A program made the translations under genes and the position numbers. A stretch of 64,000 bases of DNA from Deferrisomatales bacterium (GTDB lineage Bacteria > Desulfobacterota > Deferrisomatia > Deferrisomatales > JACRMM01). Where the stretch lies: contig JAWSUI010000006.1 in assembly GCA_033551855.1 (NCBI GenBank), forward strand, positions 58,788 to 122,787, written 5' to 3'. This document shows, one piece after another, positions 9,777 to 19,293 of the stretch (positions are counted from its first letter, which is position 1; each line of letters opens with the position of its first letter). The notes under the pieces were generated by a model that saw only the letters and a list, made by a program, of their open reading frames with translations, did no database searches and was not told where the DNA came from.

Positions 9777-11225
9777 TCAGATCCAATGCGTTTCTTGGTC
9801 CATCACCCCGGAGTAGAATCGCGATCCGTGCGGATTCTCGCAGGCGCGGCACTGTTTGGCATAACCGGCGGCACTGTAGCCCGTCATGCCGCCGGCGACG
9901 TTGGCGACAGCCTTGAACCCATGCTGCAGCAGGATGCTCACCCCGAGACTCGAACGATTGCCGGAACTGCAGATCAACAAGGTCGGCAGGCTCTTGTCCA
10001 GCTCCCCGGAGCGGGTGCGCAGATCGGCCACCGGGATATTGCGCGCCCCTTCGATATGGCTGTCGTCAAACTCGCTCGGGGCGCGAACGTCCACCAACTG
10101 AAACGCCGCCGCCTCGCTCATTCTTGCATGAAGATCTTCCACGGAAAGCTGCGGCACGGCGCGCGACGGCAGCCCCGCCACGGCCCAGCCCGGAATGCCG
10201 CCGTCGAGATAGCCGACGATGCGGTCGACCCCCACGCGCCGCACCCGGCGATTGGCCTCCAGGGCCTTCTGGTAATCCTCGGCCACGAGCAGGATGTCCT
10301 TGTCGGTGGGCAGCACCCACCCGGCAAAGGTGGGGAAGTTGCCGTTGAGATCGAGGTGCCAGGCATCCGGGATGTGCTGGCTGCCGAAGGCATGATAGCT
10401 GCGCGCATCGAGCACGAGCACATCGGATTGCGCCAGGCGCGCCTTGAACGACTTGGCGTCGAGCTCCTCGAGTACGGGAAGTTCGGCGATCAGACGGGGT
10501 CCCTTGCGGTTGATGTCGCTGCAGCGGCTGAAATGATCTGGCGCGGGCGGCATGTCTTCCGTCAGGGACTTGATGAAAGCGGCCTTGTCCTGAATCTGCA
10601 GGGCCGCATTGAAGTTTCGTTCGTAGCCGATGGTGCTCATCTGCTTGGCGCCCATGGCGCGGCCACACAGGGACCCAGCGCCATGGGCCGGATAGACCTC
10701 GCAGCAATCGGGCAGCTTGAGCAGCTTGTCGCGGAGGCTGTGATAGAGCCTTGCGGCCAGCTCCTGGGCCCTGTCCGGAAACAGGTCGGGCCGCCCGACG
10801 TCACCGACGAACAGCGTATCGCCGACAAACACGCCGACGGGGCTTTCGGAGCGCGAGGTGTCCACCACCACATAGCTCAGATGCTCGGGCGTATGGCCCG
10901 GCGTCTCCAGAACCTGCAGGCGCATATCTTCCAGTTCGATTACGTCTCCTTCCACCAGAGGCACGTGCTCGAAGGTGCATTGCGCCGATTTCGCCACATA
11001 GATTGTGGCTCCGGTCTTTGCCGCCAGCTCCATGTGCCCTGAGACGAAGTCGGCGTGCAGATGGGTTTGCAGGATGTGGGTTACTTTGACGCCCTGGGCA
11101 CGCGCGGCCTTAGTGTAGACTTCCACGTCGCGTTGCGGATCGATGACCGCGCAGTTCTTGCTGCCGGACAGGATGTAAGAGCTATGGGCGATCTTCTCCA
11201 CGAAAATATGTTTTAACAGCATCAT
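9777..11225 (-). CDS. MBL-fold hydrolase (persulfide dioxygenase-like) fused to two rhodanese domains
   Basis: THLHADFVSG, TPGHTPEH, GDTLFVGDVGRPD, PAHGAGS.CG; LDARS..F...HIP; VDVR...EF..SHI; CSSGNRS active loop. Confidence 0.9.
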   Translation of the reverse strand: MMLLKHIFVEKIAHSSYILSGSKNCAVIDPQRDVEVYTKAARAQGVKVTHILQTHLHADFVSGHMELAAKTGATIYVAKSAQCTFEHVPLVEGDVIELEDMRLQVLETPGHTPEHLSYVVVDTSRSESPVGVFVGDTLFVGDVGRPDLFPDRAQELAARLYHSLRDKLLKLPDCCEVYPAHGAGSLCGRAMGAKQMSTIGYERNFNAALQIQDKAAFIKSLTEDMPPAPDHFSRCSDINRKGPRLIAELPVLEELDAKSFKARLAQSDVLVLDARSYHAFGSQHIPDAWHLDLNGNFPTFAGWVLPTDKDILLVAEDYQKALEANRRVRRVGVDRIVGYLDGGIPGWAVAGLPSRAVPQLSVEDLHARMSEAAAFQLVDVRAPSEFDDSHIEGARNIPVADLRTRSGELDKSLPTLLICSSGNRSSLGVSILLQHGFKAVANVAGGMTGYSAAGYAKQCRACENPHGSRFYSGVMDQETHWI

Positions 11226-11252
11226 GTCCTCCCTTGATGTGTACCTGGCGGC

Positions 11253-13043
11253 TTACAGATAAAAGACATAAAAGACGGTGACGACCACAAGAATAAATAG
11301 CAATGTCATGCCGCTGCCGGCCTTGAGATAGTCGCTGTTGCGATACCCTCCCGCCGAAATGAGCATGGCATTGACTTGATGGGTCGGCAGGATGAACGAA
11401 TTGGCGGTGCACACCGCCGCCATCAGCGCCAGGGCCCGCGGATCGAGCCCGCCCTGGTTCGCCATGCTCATGACCAGCGGCGCCAGCACGACGATGGCAC
11501 CCACGTTGGAGATGAGCAGGGAGAAGGCGGTGGAGAGCGTCGCCACGCTCAGCACGAGAAAAACCGGATGGGCGCCCTGTACCAGAGCCATGAGCTGCTC
11601 TGCCAGCAGATCGGCCGTGCCCGTCTTCTGCATGGCCAGGCCCAACGGGATGAGCCCGGCGAGCAGGAAAACCACCTTCCAGTCGATGGCCTGATAGGCC
11701 TCCTGCATGCTGAGCACGCGCAGCAGCACCATGGCCAGGGCCCCGGTCAGAAACGCCACGGAGATGGGGGCGCCAGAAAACGCCAGCGCAATCGCCGCCA
11801 CAAAGCAGGCCGCCGCCGGCAGCGCTTTGGCGGGAGCCTTCTTCTCCGTGGTCAGGGGGGTGACGACCACGAAATCCGGAGTCTCCTTGAGCTCGACGAT
11901 CTTTTCCCACAAGCCGTACACAAGGAAGGTATCGCCGGTGAGCACCTGATGATCGGAAAAGTCTCCGCGCAGGCCCTCGCCCTTGCTGAACACCATGACG
12001 GGTTCCACGGCATAGCGTTTGCGCAGGGAGAAAGTGCGGATGGACTGACCGACCATGGCGGACCGCGGGGGAATGACGACCTCGGCAAAGCCCGCCTGGC
12101 CGGGATCGCCGAGCCTGGCAAAACGCGCCGGATGCTCCTGGCGCAGCAACTCGAAATCGGCGGCAAAGCGCTCGACATCGGGGGGATCGCCCAGCAACGC
12201 CAGCAGTTGCCCCCCGGCAAAACGGGTCTCACGCCAAGGGGCGTACTCAACATGTTTGTCGTCGGAAAGCCCAAGGATGTTGAGGCGGTAGTCCCCCCAC
12301 ACCCCTGCCTGCTCGGGCGTCTTGCCCTGCAACGGGCTACTGGCCGGAATGCGGTAATGGCAAATGTGATGCGGCAGGCGCAGGGCTTCGATGAGTTTTT
12401 CCTGTTCGGAGAGGCCTTGCCCCTCAGGGTGCGCCGCGGGCAGCACGAAGCGCCCGAACAGCACAAAATAGCCGATGCCCGCCGTCAGCAGGGCCAGCCC
12501 CACGGGGGTCACGCTCAATAAGCCGAAGGGCTCCAGATCGGCGCCGCGCAGCAGATCGTTCATGAGGATCAGCGGACCCGAGCCCACCATGCTCAAGGTG
12601 CCGCCGAGGATGGCGGCAAAGCCGATGGGCATGATCAGGCCGGAGGCCGCCAGCTTGCGGCGCCGTGCGATATCGAGAACCCCGGGCAGAAAAAGCGCCA
12701 CCGCGCCGATATTCTGGATCAACCCCGACATGAGGCCGACCGGTACGGACACCAGGGCGACGATCTTCGAGCGCCTTTCACCGGCCACTCTGAGGATGGC
12801 CCGCGAAAAGCCGTCCATCAGACCGGTGCGCGCCACCCCTCGCCCCATGATCATGACCGCCATCATGGACACCACGGCATTGCTGGAAAAACCCAACAGG
12901 GCTTCCTGCGGCGCCAGAACCCCCGTCCAGGCGAGCGCCAGCAGACACAGGACGGCCACCACGTCGATGCGCAGCAGATCCAGCACCAGCAACACAACCG
13001 TTGCGGCCAGAATGCTCAACACGATCAGGATGGATGAATCCAT
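11253..13043 (-). CDS. SLC13/CitMHS-type anion permease with TrkA-C domains
   Basis: EALLGFSSNAV, AAILGGTLSMVGS, IDWKVVFLLAG, GGYRNSDYLKAG. Confidence 0.88.
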   Translation of the reverse strand: MDSSILIVLSILAATVVLLVLDLLRIDVVAVLCLLALAWTGVLAPQEALLGFSSNAVVSMMAVMIMGRGVARTGLMDGFSRAILRVAGERRSKIVALVSVPVGLMSGLIQNIGAVALFLPGVLDIARRRKLAASGLIMPIGFAAILGGTLSMVGSGPLILMNDLLRGADLEPFGLLSVTPVGLALLTAGIGYFVLFGRFVLPAAHPEGQGLSEQEKLIEALRLPHHICHYRIPASSPLQGKTPEQAGVWGDYRLNILGLSDDKHVEYAPWRETRFAGGQLLALLGDPPDVERFAADFELLRQEHPARFARLGDPGQAGFAEVVIPPRSAMVGQSIRTFSLRKRYAVEPVMVFSKGEGLRGDFSDHQVLTGDTFLVYGLWEKIVELKETPDFVVVTPLTTEKKAPAKALPAAACFVAAIALAFSGAPISVAFLTGALAMVLLRVLSMQEAYQAIDWKVVFLLAGLIPLGLAMQKTGTADLLAEQLMALVQGAHPVFLVLSVATLSTAFSLLISNVGAIVVLAPLVMSMANQGGLDPRALALMAAVCTANSFILPTHQVNAMLISAGGYRNSDYLKAGSGMTLLFILVVVTVFYVFYL

Positions 13044-13151
13044 GAGAAACCACGTTCTTCCACCTGGTGAGCACACAAGAGCGGCGGCCGCCTGGGGGTT
13101 GGAAGCCCTACTGCGAACCCGAGCTAGCCACCGTGTGATGTGACCCGCCTG

Positions 13152-13478
13152 CTACCCGAATTGGCGCGCGGCGGCGATCGCCTCCACCCCTTCCGTCGAG
13201 CTGATGGTGGCGAACCGGATGAGCGGCTTGCTGTCGAGCAGCTTCATGGCTCCGATCAGAACGCTGAAGTGCACGGACCGCAGATGGTCCTCCAGGGCTG
13301 CCCTGGTCGTCCACTCGTTCTTGAAGAAGAGCGTGTTGTCCGCTTCAGCGTCCACGTAACAGTTGCAGCAGATGCAGCCCTGCTCGCTCCGAATGGGCCC
13401 CATGAGCGCTTTGAGCGTTTGCAGGATCTCCTTCCACTTCTCCGGCGGCACCGTCATATGGATCGTGGCGTCCATCAT
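13152..13478 (-). CDS. Antibiotic biosynthesis monooxygenase (ABM) family protein
   Basis: IRSEQGC..C..YVD....N..F...EW.....LE.HLRS.HF; AGGA upstream. Confidence 0.8.
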   Translation of the reverse strand: MMDATIHMTVPPEKWKEILQTLKALMGPIRSEQGCICCNCYVDAEADNTLFFKNEWTTRAALEDHLRSVHFSVLIGAMKLLDSKPLIRFATISSTEGVEAIAAARQFG

Positions 13479-13587
13479 CGGAGTGTTCCTTCCTGCGCGG
13501 GCTGCGGGCGTTCCACGGGAAGCGGCGCTGCCGGTGCCCATGGTCGGCATGTCAGCGGCAATACCCTGTCGCACAGTGGCCTGGAGA

Positions 13588-14148
13588 TCAACGAGCCGCC
13601 AGGTCTCTTTCCAGGGAATCCATCCGACGAACGATCTCTGCTCTCTCCTCGCTGGTGGGGTATCTGCCTCCTTCGATCATCCGGGAGTGGTCCACCCGAA
13701 TGGAGTCCAGCCTGGCTTGGAATTCCTTTCCTTCCTTGGGACGCAGGCGCCCGCTGGCTCTTCCATCGTCAATTTTTCGTTGCAGTCCGAGCATCCTGTC
13801 CCCCGTCCTTTGCTCATCGCCCTTGGGCGCCCTGGCAGCCTCCCTGTCGATCTCCGCCCCGAGCGCATCGAGGCGCCCATGCACGCCCTTCCACTTTTCC
13901 TCGTAGAGCGTCTTGCCCCTGAGCGCCTCGGCGTCGGTTCGGATGCCCTTGAGTGTGGTCAGATACATCTGGGACTGGTCCGGAGTGAGGCTGCCGGTCT
14001 TCAGCCCGTCGCCGATCTTCTCCTGGATGAGAACCATCTTGTCATCCACCCTTCTTTCGTGATCGGGCCATACGCGCATTGTCGCACAACCTGATAGCAG
14101 GGCCAGCGAGAGAATGAGTGACGTAGTGATGCCCATGGAAGCTCTCAT
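13588..14148 (-). CDS. Hypothetical lipoprotein with two internal helical repeats
   Basis: Lipobox LSGC; IQEKIGDGLKTGSLTP / LQRKIDDGRASGRLRP repeats. Confidence 0.7.
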   Translation of the reverse strand: MRASMGITTSLILSLALLSGCATMRVWPDHERRVDDKMVLIQEKIGDGLKTGSLTPDQSQMYLTTLKGIRTDAEALRGKTLYEEKWKGVHGRLDALGAEIDREAARAPKGDEQRTGDRMLGLQRKIDDGRASGRLRPKEGKEFQARLDSIRVDHSRMIEGGRYPTSEERAEIVRRMDSLERDLAAR

Positions 14149-14343
14149 CTCTTTTATCCTTTTCTTCGAGGTCTACCTCATTTGTACAGTCTCTGCCTTC
14201 ACAGTTGGCACGACGCTGCTCGTATTCCCGCAGAAAAACTTGAGAAGGAGCGATCTTCAACAATTCGTCACGTTCTCCTCTAGAGAAAAGGGGGCCCGCT
14301 TCGCTTGACCCATCCTACGGCTCGCCATCGCCTCAAGCGGAAC

Positions 14344-14364
14344 GCTGACGGCTGACCGCTGACA
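14344..14364. repeat. Heptamer tandem repeat (GCTGACN)x3
   Basis: GCTGACG GCTGACC GCTGACA read directly. Confidence 0.6.
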
Positions 14365-14418
14365 GCCGCGAGGCGGCGCCTCGGCGGTCTGAGGCGGGGC
14401 TTAGCTAGTCCGTCCAAA

Positions 14419-14434
14419 AGCAATCACCGTGCCG
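14419..14434 (-). promoter_or_regulatory. Putative sigma54 (-24/-12) promoter facing the lipoprotein/ABM/sulfur genes
   Basis: Reverse strand CGGCACGGTGATTGCT: GG-N10-GC with GGCACG and TTGC. Confidence 0.6.
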
Positions 14435-14627
14435 GACGGGATTCGGGGGATGCCGAGGTGCCAGGCTTTGACCGGCCGGGACAAGATGGGCGGAGCGCCC
14501 GCTGTGCCGGCATTCCTTCCCGTCGCATTTGGCGGGCCTGCTAAATGCGACGGCAAAGCTTGAAGACTTTCCCGCTCTGTTCCCATCCGGTAAGGCATTG
14601 TCATCCAAATCGCCGGCACGTTGTCCC

Positions 14628-14643
14628 CGGCACGGTAGTTGCG
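14628..14643 (+). promoter_or_regulatory. Putative sigma54 (-24/-12) promoter upstream of the esterase-kinase genes
   Basis: CGGCACGGTAGTTGCG: GG-N10-GC, about 120 nt before ATG 14764. Confidence 0.6.
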
Positions 14644-14763
14644 TCTAGCTCCGGCTGGCACTGAATCTGTCTAGAGCGCTGATGCTTCGAATCACTTCCA
14701 CCTCGAGCCGGAGGCGGCAGTGCCGAGAGGCGGATCGCAAACGGGAATCGAAAGGGTGACCCC

Positions 14764-16443
14764 ATGAGAAGCGTCCGGCGGCTCTGCATCGTCCTGCTCG
14801 GCAGCGGCAGCCTTTTCGCCACTGCGTGCGGGCAGCAGGGCTCGAACGGCGACGGCGAGCCGACCCACTTCGCCGCCCGTGATTTTCGCGCGGTGGCCGG
14901 GATCAGCATGGGCGCGTACGGGGCCATGAACCTCGGGACGAAGCGGCCGGACCTCTTCGGGACGATCGGGTCTCTCGGAGGCCCGGTCGACATGCAGGAG
15001 CTCCTGGCCCAACTGATCGGTGAGAACCTCGAGGTGAAGCCCCAGGCGGGCGTTCCCGGGCAGGAGGGGGACGACTTCACGTTCGATCACATGAAGCCGT
15101 ACCCAAGCCGCAACACGCGCATCCGCATGATCCAGGACCTGGTGTTGGCTTTCGGGAACCCGTTCCTGCACCACCCGGACCCCTCCAGGCGCTACCTCGC
15201 CTCCGACTCCGAGCCCGCTGCCGTCGGAAGGGACGATCGGTATGGATCGTTTTCGCCTCTCGTCGATCCCCGGGGGTTTCTCGACGGGGGTGACGCGAAT
15301 GCCGACGGGCTCCGCCAGGTGGGGGAGGTGCCCGATCGGCCCACCGACGTGCTCCTGCTCGCGCCGGGGTCGCTGGCGTCGGTGTTCGGGCTGGCGGGTA
15401 CCATGGTGGGCGGGCGTGAGCTCGTCGACCTCGACGCCGACGGGATCTATGACGTGGGCGACGGCATCGTGGTGAACTACTCGGAGCCCTTTGTGGACCT
15501 GAACGGCAACTTCGTCTTCGAGCCCGAGCTGGGAGAGACCTTCGAAGACCTGGGACTCGACGGGGTGGCGGGGACTGGCGACTTCGGCGAGGGCAACGGC
15601 GTCTTCGACTACGACCCGGACCGCAGCGCATGGCTGGCGGAGGATCCCCTCTCGCGGTTGGCCGCGCGGCCGGCCGCCGAGATCGCCTCCCAGAGGATCT
15701 ACATGGACGTGGGCACCGGGGACGAGTTCGGGTTTGCGCGCCACTACGACAACGTCGTGGCGATGCTTGACCGCAAGGGGCTCTCGCCGGTGGTGCGAAA
15801 CGGCTTCTCCGGCAACTGCTTCGCCGTGCCGAGACCTTCGGAGCCCTTCCTCCTGATCCGGTACGACGGCGGACACGTGGGAATCCCAGGAGACGACGCG
15901 ATTCGAGACGACCTGCTCAGCGGAGACTTCTGCGGCGCCGTTCCCATCTGGCAGCGCCTGCTGACGCTCATCGGCTACCTGGACCGGAGCTTCCCCGACG
16001 GCTTCTTCGGGGCGGGGGGGCTCCACCTGACCGGGGACGTGATCACGCGGGCGATCCCTTCCCCGGCCCTGGCGACCGGCGGTCAGCCCGCGCCCGGGCG
16101 CGAGGTCGTGGTGTACCGGCCGCCCGCGTTTGCCAACACGAACCGGAGCTTTCCCGTCGTCTACTTCCTGGGAGGGTACGGTCAGGACCCCGAGGACTAT
16201 CGGCGGATGGGCAATTTCCTGGACGTGCTGATCGGAGCCGGAGCCGTACAGAACATGTGCTTCGCGTTCCTACCGGGCTCGGGGGGGCACCGGGGCTCCT
16301 TCTTCGTGAACCACCGCGTTCCCGAGTCCCAAGTGCCCGGGCTGGCCACGGTCACGAGCGGCCGCTACGAGGACTCGATCCTCCAGGATCTCATCCCGGA
16401 GATCGAGAACGGCATCCTGGACGGCCGCGTGCGGGCGCAGTGA
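14764..16443 (+). CDS. Lipoprotein with circularly permuted alpha/beta-hydrolase (PF00756-type esterase) and Asp-rich insert
   Basis: Lipobox ATAC22; GISMG (Ser48); DVGTGD (Asp320); GGH (His371); C-terminal SPAL..REVVVYRPP..FPVVYFLGG..YEDSILQDLIPEIE. Confidence 0.75.
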   Translation: MRSVRRLCIVLLGSGSLFATACGQQGSNGDGEPTHFAARDFRAVAGISMGAYGAMNLGTKRPDLFGTIGSLGGPVDMQELLAQLIGENLEVKPQAGVPGQEGDDFTFDHMKPYPSRNTRIRMIQDLVLAFGNPFLHHPDPSRRYLASDSEPAAVGRDDRYGSFSPLVDPRGFLDGGDANADGLRQVGEVPDRPTDVLLLAPGSLASVFGLAGTMVGGRELVDLDADGIYDVGDGIVVNYSEPFVDLNGNFVFEPELGETFEDLGLDGVAGTGDFGEGNGVFDYDPDRSAWLAEDPLSRLAARPAAEIASQRIYMDVGTGDEFGFARHYDNVVAMLDRKGLSPVVRNGFSGNCFAVPRPSEPFLLIRYDGGHVGIPGDDAIRDDLLSGDFCGAVPIWQRLLTLIGYLDRSFPDGFFGAGGLHLTGDVITRAIPSPALATGGQPAPGREVVVYRPPAFANTNRSFPVVYFLGGYGQDPEDYRRMGNFLDVLIGAGAVQNMCFAFLPGSGGHRGSFFVNHRVPESQVPGLATVTSGRYEDSILQDLIPEIENGILDGRVRAQ

Positions 16444-16455
16444 GGCGGATGCACG

Positions 16456-17724
16456 ATGAAAAGTGAAGGTGTGCGACCCGACGGCTTCACCGCGCTGCGC
16501 CGGCGCGCCGAAGCGCGGGCTCGGAAAGGTGCGGCGCAGCCGCCGGAGAACGTCGCGGCGCTGTCGCCCGAGGAAGCGCGACGGACACTCCACGAGCTGC
16601 GGGTGCACCAGATCGAACTGGAGATGCAAAACGAGGAGCTGCGCCGCACGCAGGCGGAGCTGGAGCTCGCGCGGGCGCGCTATTTCGACCTCTACGATCG
16701 GGCGCCGGTAGCGTACTGCACGCTTACGGAGTGGGGCATCATCCGCGAGGTCAACCTCACCGCCGCCACCCTGCTGGGGGTGACCGCGGGGGCGCTGGTC
16801 GGGCAGCCGATCACCCGGTTCATCCTCGGTGAGGACCAGGGTTCCTTCGTCGACCTGCGCGAACGGCTCTTTGCGACCGGCGACCCGCAGGAATGCGAGC
16901 TGCGGATGCTGAGCCGGGCAGGGGACGCCTTCTGGGCGCATCTGGGCGCCACCGCCGCGCGCGACGCCGAAGGCGCCCTCGCGTGCCGCGTGGTGCTGAG
17001 CGACGTCAGCGGGCGCAAGAAAGGGGAGGAGGCCTTGCTCCGATCCCTCGACGAGCTCCGCCAGGTCTCCGCCCTGCTGCTCGCGGCCCAGGAGGAGGAA
17101 CGCGGGCGGTTCTCCCGCGAGCTGCACGACGGCGTCTGCCAGACGATGATCGCCATGAAGATGACACTGGAGGCCGCTCTGGGCACACAGGGACCGGCGC
17201 CAGAGCGGCTGGCCGCCATCGACCTCCTCGTCCCCATGATGCGGGACGCGATCCAGGAAGTGCGCGGGGTTTTCATGGCGCTCCGACCTGCCATCCTGGA
17301 CGACCTGGGGCTCGTGGCCGCGATTCGCTGGTTTGCCCGCGAGTTGCAGACGGCCTACCCGGCGATGCGGATCGTCCTTCGGATCGAGGTGGACGAGCAG
17401 GACGTTCCCAACCCCCTTCGCACGGTCATCTTCCGGGTGCTGCAAGAGGCGATGACCAATGCCGGCAAACACAGCGGAGCGGACGAAGCGGTCGTCTCGC
17501 TCGCGAAGAGCGGCGGCCTGTTGGAGTTTGGCGTCGAGGACAACGGGCGCGGGTTCGACGCGGACGCGCCACGGGTGGGGGAGGGCGCCCAGTGCGGGGC
17601 TGGCCTCGGCTGCATGCGGGTGCGCGTCGAGCGTGCCGGGGGATCCCTCGAGGTGCAAGCCCGGAAGGGGGAGGGAACGGCAATCCGGGCGCGTCTGCCG
17701 CTCGCCGCCGGGTGTGCCGCTTGA
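16456..17724 (+). CDS. PAS-domain histidine kinase (HisKA_3/NarX-like)
   Basis: EEERGRFSRELHD, FRVLQEAMTNAGKHS, VEDNGRGF, GLGCMR. Confidence 0.9.
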   Translation: MKSEGVRPDGFTALRRRAEARARKGAAQPPENVAALSPEEARRTLHELRVHQIELEMQNEELRRTQAELELARARYFDLYDRAPVAYCTLTEWGIIREVNLTAATLLGVTAGALVGQPITRFILGEDQGSFVDLRERLFATGDPQECELRMLSRAGDAFWAHLGATAARDAEGALACRVVLSDVSGRKKGEEALLRSLDELRQVSALLLAAQEEERGRFSRELHDGVCQTMIAMKMTLEAALGTQGPAPERLAAIDLLVPMMRDAIQEVRGVFMALRPAILDDLGLVAAIRWFARELQTAYPAMRIVLRIEVDEQDVPNPLRTVIFRVLQEAMTNAGKHSGADEAVVSLAKSGGLLEFGVEDNGRGFDADAPRVGEGAQCGAGLGCMRVRVERAGGSLEVQARKGEGTAIRARLPLAAGCAA

Positions 17725-17833
17725 CCCGGCCCCTCTCGATCAACTGGAAGATGAAGTTCCCGCGAGATACGACCGGGCCCACGGCACCCCGGAGCAAGGG
17801 CCGGGTCTCGGCGCCGCAACAAGGGGGCGAACC

Positions 17834-19129
17834 ATGAACCCATCCGAGATGCCGGGGGACCTGCGCCGGCGCGCCCAGGGGCGGCTTGGGGAGAGCCCCC
17901 GGGTTGCGGCTCTTCCCCAGACCGAAGAGGGCCTCACGCGGCTCGTGCACGAGCTCCAGGTCCACCAGGTGGAGCTGGAGCTCCAAAACGAGGAGCTCTG
18001 CCGGGCCAAGAATGCGCTCGAGGAGTCGAGCGCGAGGTACGCGGACCTGTACGACTTCGCGCCCGTGGGCTACTTCACGCTCGATCGCGAAGGGCGGCTC
18101 CTCGGGGCGAACCTCCGGGGCGCGGGCCTTCTGGGGCTGGAGAGGCCTCGGCTGGCGGGCCGGCGCTTTGGGGACTTCGTGGCCGCGGACGCGCGCCCCG
18201 CCTTCGCAACATTCCTCGCGGGCGTCTTCGCGGGGAAGCGCCTGGCGACCTGCGAGGTCCCCCTGGCCGCGGGCACCAGGTCCCCGCGCCACGTGCGGAT
18301 CGAAGCCGCCCTTTCCCCGTCCGGCGGCGAGTGCCGCTTGGCGGTCAGCGACATCACCGAGCTGAAGCGGGCGGAAGAGGAGCGGGCACGCCTGGAGGGG
18401 CGGCTGCGCGAGGCGCAGAAGATGGAGGCGATCGGAGCCCTGGTGGGGGGGATCGCACACGACTTCAACAACCTGCTCGCCCCCGTGGTGACCCGCGCCG
18501 AGATGGCGCTGCGGACGCTCGGCAGCGAAGACCCCGTTCGGGAGAACATCGCGCAGCTCCTGACCGCGGTGCTGCGTGCCGCCGAACTCGTCCGGCAGAT
18601 CCTCCTCATCGGCGGCGGGGAGCAGGAAGGCACCTTCGTGCCCGTGGATCTCGGGCCCCTCGTCCACGAGGCCGCGGCGGGCCTTCGCGCCACCCTGCCC
18701 GCGACGGTCGAGGTCCGGTCGGAGGCCGACCCCGCTTGCGGGCCGGTGCTGGGCGACCCTTCGCGGCTTCGCCAGGTCCTCCGGCACTTGTCCGAGAACG
18801 CCGGGTATGCGCTGGAGGAGACGGGGGGGCTGCTCGCGATCTCTCTGGATCGGGCCGGGGGCGAGCAGGAGGGGGGCCGGGTGAGGCTGCGTGTCCGAGA
18901 CACGGGACCCGGCATTCCCGGGGAGATCCAGGGCCGCATCTTCGAGCCCTACTTCACCACCAAGCCCGTCGGCAAGGGGTCGGGCCTGGGCCTCTCCGTC
19001 GTGTACGGAATCGTCTCGGCGCTCGGAGGGGAGGTCCGGGTCCGGAGTGGGAACGGGGAGGGCACGACCTTCGAGGTGCTGCTTCCCGAAGCCGCAGAAA
19101 GGGGGGTTCCGCTTGCGCTCGTGTCGTAG
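17834..19129 (+). CDS. PAS-domain histidine kinase (HisKA, NtrB-like), no receiver
   Basis: QKMEAIG.L.GGIAHDFNNLL, VRDTGPGI, IFEPYFTTK..GKGSGLGL. Confidence 0.9.
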   Translation: MNPSEMPGDLRRRAQGRLGESPRVAALPQTEEGLTRLVHELQVHQVELELQNEELCRAKNALEESSARYADLYDFAPVGYFTLDREGRLLGANLRGAGLLGLERPRLAGRRFGDFVAADARPAFATFLAGVFAGKRLATCEVPLAAGTRSPRHVRIEAALSPSGGECRLAVSDITELKRAEEERARLEGRLREAQKMEAIGALVGGIAHDFNNLLAPVVTRAEMALRTLGSEDPVRENIAQLLTAVLRAAELVRQILLIGGGEQEGTFVPVDLGPLVHEAAAGLRATLPATVEVRSEADPACGPVLGDPSRLRQVLRHLSENAGYALEETGGLLAISLDRAGGEQEGGRVRLRVRDTGPGIPGEIQGRIFEPYFTTKPVGKGSGLGLSVVYGIVSALGGEVRVRSGNGEGTTFEVLLPEAAERGVPLALVS

Positions 19130-19293
19130 GATGTCACCGGGGAACCAACGCAGGCGCCGGGATTGCGATTTCGCAGACCCAGGCTAGCATTGCGTGGGCG
19201 CAAACCACCGGGGGACTGCTCCAGCGTGTTTCGCCCCGCCCCAAAGATTTGGTGGTGGTTTCTGTATTGCACCTACGAGAAAGGCAAGCGCGC

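Noticed and set aside
19152..19271. Two further GG-N10-GC matches upstream of CheBR (and one at 4483-4498)
   Set aside because: They match the GGCAC -24 consensus poorly and are likely by chance at this GC content
18331..19293. Apparent long N-terminal extension of the CheBR ORF (likewise 20607-21974 for the hybrid kinase)
   Set aside because: These overlap real upstream genes in another frame; domain similarity begins only at the trimmed starts
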